From NCBI GenBank assembly GCA_030390025.1, contig CM059431.1, positions 154,320,001 to 154,384,000 on the forward strand: 64,000 nt of DNA, read 5' to 3'. Shown here piece after piece: positions 52,282 to 64,000 of this stretch (position 1 is the stretch's first letter; each line of letters opens with the position of its first letter). The position numbers were made by a program, and so were the translations under genes. The DNA comes from Squalus acanthias. Taxonomy: Eukaryota. The notes beneath the pieces are model-generated. The model was not told where the DNA came from and searched no databases. It was given only the letters and a program-made list of their open reading frames with translations.

Positions 52282-53704
52282 GGGCCAGAAATTCGGGTCT
52301 CCACGGGTGAGTACACGCTGGGTACTCACACGTAGAATCAAGGAAAGTGCGGGTTTCACGCATGCACTGCGCATGCGCTGGATAGCAGAACTTCCGTTCC
52401 ACTGAAGGAAGGGGTTCAGAGGTCGTTTGTGTGCGCAGGAGATGCAGCGCGCACGCAGGGAACTTCGTTTTTCTCAGGTTTCTCTGTGAGGGTAAGTACG
52501 GAGAAGCTGCGTGGGGAAAAAGGAGGTTTAAGGCCTGCTTTTAACAAGGTCAGTGGTGAATTAAGTACAATTTTTTCAACAGGTTTATCTTTTTTACATT
52601 ATTTTAAGAAAGGTAAGTTTATTTTTAGCAACGTTAAAAAGTGTAATTAATTTTTTCAAAAATTTAAATTTTTGTTTCAAGTAGTAAATTTATGTAATTT
52701 ATAGTTATTTTAAAAATGTGATTTTTTAAAAAATGTATTTGAAGTTTTAGTGAGATTTTGGGGCTGACCTCTATTCATAGATTTGACAGCTCTTCCAGGC
52801 CCACGTGATACCAGCGACGCTTCGAAATAACTGTGCCCCTGGGATACGCAAGCACTGCGCGCCGGCAGCTGCAGGAGGCCCAGGAGCCGAATTCCACGCA
52901 GGTACGAAGCACAATGTCAGGCGCGGTATGCAAGTATGCACACGATTCTTCCACCCGCGGGAAGCCAGAGAGCCGAATTTCTGGCCCAAATGGGCCAGAA
53001 ATTTGGGTCCGGGGATTCCCGCGGGTGCAAGCATTGCGGGTGCACTTACATAGCGCGCCTGCGGTTGTGCTCTGGGCCCGCGTGGAATTCTGATCCTGGG
53101 CCTCCTCCAGTTGCTGGTGTGCAGTGCTTGTGTATCCCAGGGTGGCAGTTAGTTCGAAGTGTCCCCTGGGATCACGTGGGCCATGAGGATCCAATCGGAG
53201 CAGGGAATCTTCATTCATATATTTGACGGGAAGACCTGTCAAATCTATGAATAGAGATCGCCCCTAATCCTAACTAAAACTTCAAATAATTTTTTTTGAA
53301 ATATCACAATTTTAAAATAAAAAAATAATTACAGTTTTTAACGGGGCTAACAGTAAACTTACCTTTCTGTAAAGTATTTAAAAATAATTCCCTGTGGAAA
53401 TTTTTTTTTAATTGTTCTTTATTCACCACTTACCTTTTTAAAAGCAGGCCTTGCACCCGCTTATTCACGGCGCAGCTGCCAGGGACTTACCTTCACAGAG
53501 TAACCTGTAAAAAAAAACGGAAGTTCGCTGCGTGCACGCTGCCTCACCCGCGCACGCTGGTGACCCTCGAACCCCTTCCTTCAGGAGACCGGAAGTTCCG
53601 GTTTCCCGTGCATGCGCAGTGCATGCGCGAAACCGGCACTTCCGGCGGATCTACGGGTGAGTACACAGCGTGTACTCACCCGTGGGGACACGAATTTTTG
53701 CCCC
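52282..53704. mobile_element. Two Harbinger-like MITEs in inverted orientation (52282-52987, 52992-53704)
   Basis: Each is bounded by gggccagaaatt-type TIRs; outer flanks AAT/AAT; the second is a diverged reverse complement of the first. Confidence 0.85.
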
Positions 53705-54614
53705 AATGTAGCAATAAGAGTATCAGAGTGATATGTGACTTTAAATATCTAAATTATAGAAGTGACGTACTGGTGGAAGGGGGGGGGGGATGCTATCTGC
53801 CACGTGTCCAGGACGTTAGATAGATGGGTACGGTTTCAGGACAAAACGGAATAAATGAGTATTAGATCCATTTCAGCAAACGCATAATGGTAGTGGAGTA
53901 TCTAATTATGAAGGATTAACTGCTAAGCTTTTGATAATGTATTGATGAATTAAATTTACAATGACTAAAATTCTCATTGCAGTCAACGGGAAAGAAATGC
54001 GGACGCGTGTAAAAGGGGTTGCCCATTCGCTATCAGCACCTTTCTCGACACTGGCCGACTCCAATTTCACGCACATTGTGTCCGAAATTTTAGGTTTATC
54101 AATTTGTGCAATTTGAGTTTCTGAAAGCACATCGCGAGCTTTTCAAAATATTACTGTTACTAACAAGAAATCATGCTTGATTTTGCTCGAATCATATTCG
54201 TGCAGTCGGACTTTTTCCCTATTATTTGACATTTTACCCATTTTCATCTATTGGTTGAGTTTCCCTCGGTGACTCATCGCTGCTCATCTCTATCTGTGCA
54301 ACTTCCTTCAGCTCAACAACACTCCCTGATCTCTGCGATCATCCAATTCTGGCCTTTTTCGCATCCCCGATTTTCTGCACGCCACCATTGGCAGCTGTGT
54401 CTTTAGCTGCCTCTCTAATCCTGTCCGGCTCTCTGCCACTCTCTCCTCCTTTAAGACTCTCCTTAAAATTTAATTGTTGACGAAGATTTTGGTCGTCTTA
54501 TTGTGAGCTTTTCTATTTATTCCTCTCCTAAAGGGCGGAAGAAAGAAAACAAACGTTTCTTACTTGATTCTGTAGAGTCCTTGGCTCAATACGATTGCAA
54601 TATATATTTTTTAG

Positions 54615-54813
54615 GAAATCAGAACATTTGCTGAAAGTGAGCGCAAAAACGAAGCCTCCCAACTCATTTTCGATACCGTGCTGAAAAAGGGAGCTCGGGT
54701 GAAAAGTATAATGTGGAACATATTTCTTCGACTGCAGAATACAAAACCCAAGATGAACGCGATATTGTTGGAGATACAGAACAGAGGCACAGGGGCAGAA
54801 AATGATCTAGAAG
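54615..54813 (+). CDS. Candidate exon D: death-fold/CARD-like second half (phase 0 to 1)
   Basis: ttttttag|...|gtaggt; EIRTFAESERKNEASQLIFDTVLKKGARVKSIMWNIFLRLQNTKPKMNAILLEIQNRGTGAENDLE; contains a CARD-like helix 4-5 pattern (L..V..KG). Confidence 0.78.
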
Positions 54814-55404
54814 GTAGGTGGTGACCAAATCTAACGGCCAATGAGCGTGTTTACATTCAGAGTAACCACGTTCATTACTTATCTCGAGGAATTGCTTTTA
54901 AGTGAAAGTCTGTGAGGATGAAATTCTAAATGGCAGGGGTCACAAAACAGGCGGAATCGTATTTGCCGACAGTTACAAAACACGCCCGATATGCAGCTCA
55001 ATTCAGATTTATTCGGGCGCAGCCTATAATAGGCGATGAATGCGATACGATCTGTGTTTTGTCCTCGCCGAAAAACGGCCGGTATTGCATCTGCTGCCCG
55101 TTGTGCGCTCGGTCCGATATTCACTTCCTTTGACTTCAATAGAACTGAATATCGGGCGGAATGATGTTGATGCGGTTTGCGTTCTGCTCTGCTCGTATAA
55201 GGTGTCTATCTATTTGAAGCTGAGGTTTCAACATGCACATTACTGGTTTACGTTCGTGTGAAGCTCCACGGCTGGATAAAATATTGGAACTTCTTATTTT
55301 GATAACAATGGCCGCGATTCCACCTACCGAGGCGGATCGTGTGCGGCCGGGGTCGGTGGTGGGGTGCGACCCCGCTGCTGGCTCCAGCCCGCTCGACAGA
55401 GTAA

Positions 55405-55930
55405 CCTGGCAGGCTCCTCATACACTGTGAAACCCCAGACATACCTGGCAGGATCCTGATACACTGTGAAACCCCTCAAACACCTGGCAGAATCCTGATA
55501 CACTTTCAATCACCATACACACCTGGCAGGATCTTGATATATTGTAAATCTCCATATAGACCTGGCATGATTCTTATACATTGTAAATCTCCACATACAG
55601 CTGGCCTGGTCTTGATAAATTGTGAAAACCCATCCACTCCTGGTATGATCCCAATACACTTTGAATACGCATACTCACCTCGTTGGATCGAGATACACTT
55701 TGGCACCTCATACGCACCTGGTCGAATCCCGAAACATTGTGAATTCCAGTACAAACCTGACTGGATCCTGATATGCCTTGAAATCTCATATAAATCTGGT
55801 ATGTTCCAGATATACGTTGGAACCCCATAAATATTTGGCTGAATCCCAATACACTTTGAATCCACATAAAAACCTGGCCTGGTCCAAATATAATATGCCT
55901 TGCTATGCAGAAGCTGTGATTGATCTCCAT
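55405..55930. repeat. 39-bp minisatellite, about 13 degenerating copies
   Basis: cctggcaggatcctgatacactgtgaaaccccagacata-like units at 55405, 55444, 55483, 55522, 55561 and onward. Confidence 0.9.
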
Positions 55931-55935
55931 ACAAC

Positions 55936-56392
55936 CATGGCTCAGTTGCTAGCACACTTGCCTCTGAGTCAAAAGGTCGTGGGTGCAAGTCCTACACGAA
56001 ACACTTGAGCACAAAAATCTAGACTGGCACTCCAGTGCATTACAGAGGGAGCGTTGCATTGCTGTCTTTCGGATGAGACGTTAAACCGAGGCCCCATCTG
56101 CTCTATCACGTGGATATAAAATACACCATAACAATATTTAGACGAAGTGGAGTGGAGTTATTCCTGTTTCCTGGACAATATTTATCCTTTACTCAATATC
56201 AATAAAACAGGTTTTCTTATCATTATCACATTGCTGTTTGTGGGAGCTTACTGTGCACAAATTGGCATCCCCATTTCCTACATTACAACAGTGATTACAC
56301 TGCAAATGTACTTCATTGGCTTTAAAACGCTTTGGGACGTCCTGAGATCGTGAGGCGCTATATAAATGCTAGTCTTTATCTCTTTCTTTCCT
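55936..56392 (+). mobile_element. tRNA-headed Deu-domain SINE (SacSINE1-like) with L2-type tail
   Basis: Head tggctcagttgctagcac...gggtgcaagtcc; Deu-like ctttcggatgagacgttaaaccgaggcccc; tail ggcgctatataaatgc. Confidence 0.78.
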
Positions 56393-56759
56393 AGAGCAGA
56401 GAATGCAAAGTGGAGTTTGATAGAAGTTTTCGAAAACATTCACGGTTTTGATAGAGTTAATAATGTGAAATAGTTTCCAGTGACAGCAGGGTCGGTAACC
56501 AGACGACACAGATTTAAGTTGATTGGCAAAAGAACGACAGCAGACAAGAGAAAACTTTTTTTTATGCAGCGAATTTTAATGATCTGGAATGGTGTTGGAA
56601 GGAGATTCACTAGCAAATTCCTAAAGAGAATTGGATCAATATGTGCAGTTTTTTTTTACAGGGCTATGGGGTAAGAGCAGGGCAGTGGAACGAATTGGAT
56701 AGCTCTAACAAATAGCCGGCACAGGCATGGCGTGCTCTATTAGTGTATGGTTCTACGAC

Positions 56760-58550
56760 TTTATGTTAAAAAGTGTAGGGAGTGTGATACGTGGGAATTT
56801 TGGACAGTGAGACTGCACCGGATTGCCACATCTGCAGGAAATGTCTCTGCCTTTACACACTCCAGATTAGATCTCTTGAGATGAGTGCGAGTTTGAGAAA
56901 CTGGACACATAAAGGAGGGAGAGGAATTTCTGGATAATTTCCTTCCAATTACATTCACACCACAATGGAAAGCACAGTTACAGGAAGGAGAGAGTGTGAT
57001 TGTTTGTCAGCAGAGTAGGGGGAACTGAAGGGAAAAAGCGGAGGAGGTCCTGCAGACAATGGTTCTATGCAAAAAGGTGCATTGCATTTGTTACCTGTCA
57101 GGATTAGAAGAAAGTCTGTGGAGAGGACAGCTGCAATGCTGAACTTAGCACCGTGGAGCAGAGGGTAGTCCAAAGCGGGGCGGAGCACAATAGAAACGAA
57201 CAAGTTATAAGGGATTCAATAATTAGGGGGATTGGTAGCATTCTTTTCAGCCAGGGTAGAGAGTCCTGAAGGGTGGGTTTCCTACCTATTGCCAGGATAA
57301 CGGATATCTCATTGCGGCTGGAAAGAAATTTGGAAATGGACGGGGCGATCTAGTTCTCTTGGCCCACGTCTGGAATAACGACAGAGGGAAGAAAATGGAG
57401 AAGATCCTGCGGAGGGAGTATCAGGAGGTAGGCGGAAAACTAAAATGCAAGATGTCAAGGGTGATATTTCCAGAGCGACGTGCTAATTGTCATGGGTTAA
57501 AACAGATCTGGAGGTGAACACGTCGCTAAAGCAGTTGTTTGGGAAGATGAGGTCCCATTTAACGCAACAGTGGCACCAGTAATGGGACAGGAAAGAGCTT
57601 GTGCCGTTGGAACTGGATGCAGCTGTATCTTGCAGGGACCATGGTCCAAGCGGAAACGATAAATAGACTGATATAAAGTCAGTAAACGTATAAATGAAGT
57701 GTGGGGTTGGGGTGGCGGGCGGGGTGGGGGGGGGGGGTGGTTCTCAGCCAGAAACAATAGCAAACATGATAGTGCAAATATTTTTTAAAAGGGTTAAGTG
57801 CGGTGTTCGGGTCACAATCAGTGATATAGCTACAACCGGTGATGAGAATATACAATAACTAAAGTAGTTATAGAAGTAGTGATAAATTTGAAACGTGTCA
57901 CGTTAAACGTTGTGAGAAAGGTAGCATCAGGACAGAAGGACAGGGTAGGTTCTCTTGCACACATAAGAGTGTTATATACTAACGCAAGAGTATAAGAAAT
58001 ACATTGAGTTAATTTGAGGCTCAAATACAGCATAGATGGTGTGACGTGCATCGATTACTAAGACATGGCTGTGAGCTGGTCATGATTACGGGTCAAATAC
58101 TACAGGTCATAAGGTCTTTGAAAAAGACTTGGGAAATGGGCAGTGGAGGATGGGTAGACTTTATTCCTTATAGATACGATTCTAACATTAGTAAGACAGG
58201 ATATGAGTAAGGGAAAGCAAGCATCTGACAACATGTTTGGAAATTAAGAATAAGAGAGGACTGAAAACTTTAATGGGAGTTGTCTACAGAACTCGTGATA
58301 ATAGCAATGAAGTGGCAGAATGTATTCATTCTGAGATTTGAGATGATTGAAGCAAAAGCAGCTTTGGTTAGTTGGAGAATTACATTTGATACAGATTGGG
58401 AAGAACAGATTAGCTCAAGTTAGAAAGATATTGAATCTCTTGAGTGCATTCAAGTTTCCTGGAGCAATGTGTTGCAGAACCAAAATGTGGTGACCCAGAT
58501 CCGTTTTAGGAATGATCAATGAGCTAGACTTAATTAATAATATAATGACA
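56760..58550 (+). mobile_element. Old CR1 ORF1 and endonuclease remnants
   Basis: Decayed gggattcaataattagggg...cctacctattgccagg (GDSIIRG...LP.AR); endonuclease-like start near 57970. Confidence 0.65.
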
Positions 58551-58551
58551 A

Positions 58552-60410
58552 ACACAACAACGGCAACTTATATTTATATAGCATCTTTAACGTAGTAAAA
58601 CATCACAAGGAGCTGCATAGGAGTATTTTAAGACTGCAAAAATTGACACCGATCCAAATAAGGATAAATTAGGGCAGCTGACCAAAAGCTTGGTCAAAGA
58701 GGTAGGTTTTAAGGAGCGTCTTAAAAGGAAATCGAGGTAGCGAGGCGGACAGGTTTAGGCAGGGAATTACAAAGCTTCGGGCCCAGTCAACAGAAGGCAC
58801 GGCCGGCAATGGTTGAGCGATCATAATCAGTGATCCTCAAAAGGGCAGAATTAGAGTAGCGCAGATATCTCGGGGGGTTGTGGGGCTGAAGGATATTACA
58901 GAGATAGGAAGGGGCAATACCATGGATGGATTTGATAACAAGTATGATCATTTGAAATGGAGGCGCTACTTTAGCGGGAGCCAGTGTAGGTCAGCGAGGT
59001 CAGGGGTGATGGGCTAACGGGACTTGGTGCGAGTTAGGACACGAGCAGGCGAGTTTTGAATGAACTCAAGTTTAGGTAAGCTGGAATGTGGGAGGCCAGC
59101 CAGGAGTGCGTTGGAATAGTCAAGTCTACAGTTAACAAAAGCATGGATTAGGGTTTGAGCACCGCATGAGCTGAGGCAAGGGCGGAGACGGACGACGTTA
59201 TGGAGGTGGAAGTAGGCGGTCTTTGTTGTGCTGCGGATATGTCGTAGGAAGCTCATTTCAGGATTAAATATGACAGCAAGTTTGTGAACAGTGTAGTTCA
59301 TCCTCAGACATAAGTTAGGCAGAGGGATGGAGACATTGGCTAGGGAACGGAGTTTGTGGCAGGGACCGAAAACAATGGCTTCGGTTTTCCCAATATATAA
59401 TTGGAGAACAATTTTGCTCATCCAGAAATGTATGTCGGACAAGAAGTCTGACAATTTAGACACCGTGGAGGGATCGAAAGAAGGGGTAGTGAGTTAGAGC
59501 TGGGTGTCGTCAGTCTACATGTGGAAACTGACGCTGTGTTTTCGGATGATGTCGCCAAGGGGCAACATATAGATGAGAAATAGGAGGGGGCCAAGATTAA
59601 ATCCTTGAAGGACACCAGAGGTAACGATGAGGGAGCGCGAAGAGAAGCTGTTGCAGGTGATTCTCTGGTTACGATTAGATGGATAAGAATAGAACTAGCC
59701 GAGTGCAGTCTTACCCAGCTGGACGACGGTGGAGAGGCGTTGGAGAAGAGTGGAGTGGTCAACCGTATCAAAGGATGCAGACAAGTCAACAAGGACGAGG
59801 AGGGATAGTTTACCTTTGTCATTGTCACAAATGATGTAATTTGTGAATTTGATGAGAGCCATTTCGGTAATGTGGCAAGGGCGGAAACCTGACTGGAGGG
59901 ATTCAAACATGGAATTGCGGGAAAGATGGGCACGGATTTGGGAGGCAATAACACGTTCAAGGACCTTGGAGAGGAAAGAGATTTTGGAGATGTGGCGGTA
60001 GTTTGCAAGGACGTAGGGATCAATGTTTTTTTTTTAGAGGAGCGGGGTGATGATCGCAGATTTGAGGGAGAGGGGGACAGTACCTGAGGAGAGAGAACCG
60101 TCAACAGTATCAGCCAGCATGGGAGCCAGAAAAGGAAATTGAGTGGTCAGCAGTTTGGTGCGAATAGGGTCGAAGGAGCAGGAGGTGGGTCTCATAGACA
60201 ATATTAGCGCAGAGAGGTCATGAGGGGAGATCGGAGAGAAACTGTAGAAAGATGCAGCTGAATGGATGGTCTCAATCTTAGATACAAAGAATTCCATGAG
60301 CTCTTCACATTTCTTATCGGAGGTGAGGGTGGATGAGACAGGGGAGAAGTGTTTAAGAAGACGGTTAGCAGTAGAGAATAGGAGCCGGGGTTTCTCGTTG
60401 CATTCCAGAA
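58552..60410 (-). mobile_element. L2 LINE 3' portion with tail
   Basis: FESLQSGFRPCHITEMALIK, DLSASFDTVDH, KTEAIVFG, RLDYSNALLAGLP; minus tail tatataaata...(ttg)n. Confidence 0.92.
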
Positions 60411-62650
60411 TGATAATAGGAAATGGACATTGATCTAACAGTTATCATAATATGATAGAATTCAATGTTAGGTTTGAAAAGGAGAAATTTGAACGAGTTA
60501 CTAACATTCTCGATTTTGGTACGGCCAACTTTAACGGCATGACGAAAGCAAACTGGTCAAAACTGCTATCGGTCAAAACTAGAGATATACAGTGGGACGT
60601 GTTGAAATGCGAATTCATGTTAATACAGGATCAATATATACCCCTAAGGGGCAAGAGCTCTACTTGTCGAATAAAACAATCATGGTCGACAGAAGAAGTG
60701 AGAGATAACATATAGCTAAACGAAAGATGATACAAAAGTGTAAAAGACAGTTAGATTCAAGCGACTGGATTAAACATATAGAACGGCAAAGGGAGACGCA
60801 AAACATAGTAAGAGCTGCAAAAAGGGAAAATGTAAAGAAACTTGCAAATGTGTCTCCATTATTAAAGAAAGTTGAGAGAGTGAAACCTGGAACTTATAAA
60901 CTTGCTAGTCGTACATCTCTTGTGCGGTGCTTTTGGATTCTTAAGGATAGTTATTGGAATATTAAGAACAAAATATGTACGAATCTGTTCAAGTGCTGTT
61001 GAGGGTCTCTCAAGCTTCGGCGTTCTTTTCATTTTTATGTTATGGTCATTTTTGAAGAAGTCTTGAATGTGAGTGACAGTGTATCTTCTGCTTATACTAT
61101 CTCAAAATCATGTCAGATATACTTGTATCTCGAAAAAGGTGGGCGGTCGACATTATTGAAAGTGTTTGTGGACACAAGGTAGTACCTGAGGGGACTTGTG
61201 CTTAGAGAAATTTGAGCTGATTAGAGAAAGCCACTATGCATTTTTGAAAGGAAGGTCATTTCTAACGAAACTAATTGATTTTTTGAGGAAATAGCTAAAG
61301 TAGTAGAAAGGGTGGTGTCTATTGATGAAATTTATATGGAGTTCCAATAGGTTTTCGACAAGGTTCCACATAAGAGACTGTTGCTAAAAATAAAGCTCAT
61401 GGAATCGAAGACAGAGATAGGGATAATGTACTCGAAATGGAAAGAAGTGACTAGTGTCCCACAAGGTCTGTGCCGGGTCCGAAACGTTTCATTATATTTG
61501 TTAAATACTTGTATTTGAGGAAAGCTTTTGATAAGGTCACACATGGCAGACTGGTCAGAAAGTAAATGCCCATGGGATACCAGGAAATTTGCAAATTGGA
61601 TCCAAAGTTGTCTGTGGCAGGAAGCAAAGGGTAATGGTCAACGAGTGTTTTTGAGATTGGAAGGTTTGTTTCCAGTGCGTTTCCATAGGGCTCAGTATTA
61701 GATACCTTGCTTTTCGTGTTATTTATTAATGATTTAGACTTTAATGTAGGGGCATGATTAAGAAATTTACAGATGATACAAAAATTGGCCGTGTGGTTGA
61801 TAGTGAAGATGAAAGCTTTAGACTGCAGGAAGATATCGATGGCCTAACAGATGGGCAGAAAAGTGTGAAATAGAATTCAATACTGAAAAGTGTGAGGTAA
61901 TGCATTTGGGGAGGGCAAACAAGTCAAGGGAATACACAATAAATGGAAGGATACTGAGAAGTGCAGAGGAACAGAGGGCCCATGGAGTGCATGTCCACAG
62001 ATCCCTGAAGGTAGCAGGACAGGTAGATACGGTGGTTAAGTAGGCATACGGGATACTTTCCTGTATTGACCGAAGCATAGAATATAAGTGCAGGGAGGTT
62101 ATGTTTGAACTGTATAAAACACTAGTTAGGCTACAGCTAAGTACTGAGAACAGTTCTGGTCACTACATTACAGAAAAGATGTGATTGCACTAGAGAGAGT
62201 ACAGAGGAGATATACGAGGATGTTGCCAAGACTGGAGAATATTAGTTATGAGGGATAATTTTCTTTGGAACAGAGGGGGCTGAGGGGAGCTTTAATTGAC
62301 GTGTATAGTATTATGAGAGGTTTAGATAGAGTGGATAGGAAGCACCTATTTCCCTAAGCAGAGAGGCATAGATTTAAGGTAATTGGTGGAATGATTAGAG
62401 GGGATTTGAGGAGAAAAGTTTTCACCCGAAGGGTTGTGGGGCCTGGGAATCACTGCGTTAAAGGCTGGTAGAGGCAGAAAACTCTCATCGCATTTAAAAA
62501 GTACGTGGATATGCACTTGAAGTTCCGCAACCTACAAGGATATAATGCTATGAAACAGGAGCTGGTAAGTGGGTTTAGGCGGGATAGCTTTTTTTCGGCC
62601 GACACAGACACGATGGGTCGAATAGCTTCCTTGTGTGCTGTAATCTTCTC
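60411..62650 (+). mobile_element. Mosaic of decayed CR1 ORF2 fragments with 3' UTR
   Basis: FDKVPH-, F-DDTKIG- and KCEVMHLGRAN-type motifs; 3' UTR gacacgatgggtcgaatagcttcc. Confidence 0.8.
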
Positions 62651-62899
62651 TAGGAACTTCTATGCTGCCGTTAAACCAACGGATTTTGAACGTGGTTTTG
62701 TGTTTGGCCAAGGATTTATTCCAGTAGCGTTTTAATGCCGATTATGTGCACATTAAATTTTGTGATACATGTTTGTTCGGATCAAAAAGTCTTTCGAAAT
62801 TAATTTTTAAAACTATGCTTTAATATCAATCAATGCAGAAGTAAAAGGTGGGCGGCAGGCAAGTCATAAATGCAAGTACACGGGAGCGTTACAGAGAAA

Positions 62900-63400
62900 C
62901 CAAACGTCCCATAGCGTTTTAATCCCAGTCTTTAAATGTGCAAGCTATTCTTTCGGTGCTCGCCTCTTGCCGGAGTGCAGTCCCGTTTGCCACAGTGAAC
63001 ACCTCCCTCCCGCTCTCCATCCTACACCTGCAGCCCATGTGACGACCTGTGAAACATCTTCGATCACACATTAGCCCGATGGCATCACGGCTGACAGGTG
63101 ACGTATGTCGCTCCGACCAGCCCACAGACCGAGAGCAGTTTCGGCACGGGGAAGCCATTCAGCACCCGCCACTTCTCACTTGCTATTGGTTCATCCACAG
63201 GACCCCGATCCCTTGCTATTGGTTAGTGTCGACGCCAGTCACAGGTGGTAGGGCGTTGATTGTTGGAGCGGGCTGTCGGTCAGGGCTGGTGAGGCCCCGC
63301 CCCTCTCCCTAATCGTATCCTTTCCTTTTGCTCTGTTATTAAAGCCCCAGCTGTGAGACTGAGCGGAGTGCGCGGTCGATTTATATTATTGTGGGGCACA
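62900..63400. promoter_or_regulatory. CpG-enriched promoter-like segment
   Basis: Two gctattggtt (inverted CCAAT) motifs at about 63182 and 63215; GC box ccccgccc at about 63295; tattaaa at about 63337; locally CpG-rich. Confidence 0.4.
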
Positions 63401-64000
63401 GCCAAGCTTGCTACGTGGCTGCTCCCGCGCAACATAGAGGGAACATAGACTGGCACCTGTACAAGAACAGGAGGGACGTTTACCCGTGGGAAAGGTTGCT
63501 TATGCAAAGGCTGGCTAGGTCCCATCGGAAATGATGACCAGGCTGATAATGTAAACTAATAAATGGGAAAAGGACTGCGTCAAAAACAGTGGTAAGATGA
63601 TAGCATTTTTTTTTCTCAAAAAGCTAGAAGAAAGCATTTCAGGTCACAAATAGTGACAGAGATTCTAAACGTGAAGGGAATCCTAAAATAACTGAAGTTG
63701 TTACAGCAGGCGTGAAATATAAGGAACATGTTCAGTTAAACTCTTTATGAAAGAGACCATCAGGACAGAAGAACAGGTTATGTCTCTAGCCCAAAAAGTG
63801 TCTTATATACTGTCGCACGGAGTATAAGAAATACATTGAGTGACTGAGAGGCTCAAATACTGCTTAGAGGGTATCCCATGTTGGGCATTACTGAGCGGTG
63901 GCTGCAAACTGGTCTTCATTGGGATTTAATTAGTGCATGTTACGAGGTCTTTAACAACGATGGGGAATCTGGAATCTATACAGGATTACATAGGTTATAC

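Noticed and set aside
55506..55988. 160-aa repetitive ORF, or a CRISPR-like array
   Set aside because: Contiguous 39-bp tandem units with no unique spacers; the ORF starts inside a SINE; eukaryotic context

Overview
Repeat-dense eukaryotic DNA. The repeat repertoire (CR1/HER1-type LINEs, L2, V-SINE/HE1-like and Deu-domain SINEs, Penelope-like elements) points to a cartilaginous fish, probably a shark; this is inference. Most of the window is nested mobile DNA: many CR1 fragments plus one young near-complete copy, L2 fragments, a complete Gypsy LTR element (3845-8275), a pol-less LTR element (42143-49897), Penelope-like elements with minimal hammerhead ribozymes, and Harbinger-like MITEs. Hidden among these, and largely missed by the ORF track, is a phase-compatible multi-exon + strand host gene (about 16646-54813, continuing beyond what I can resolve). 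Its 5' part is a tandemly duplicated two-exon cassette. One of those repeated exons is a gapless, hydrophilised homolog of a downstream death-fold/CARD-like exon, which from memory resembles the N-terminus of chondrichthyan NLR (NACHT-LRR) proteins. That downstream exon carries a 1-nt frameshift. Boundaries of old repeats are approximate, and no database searches were run.
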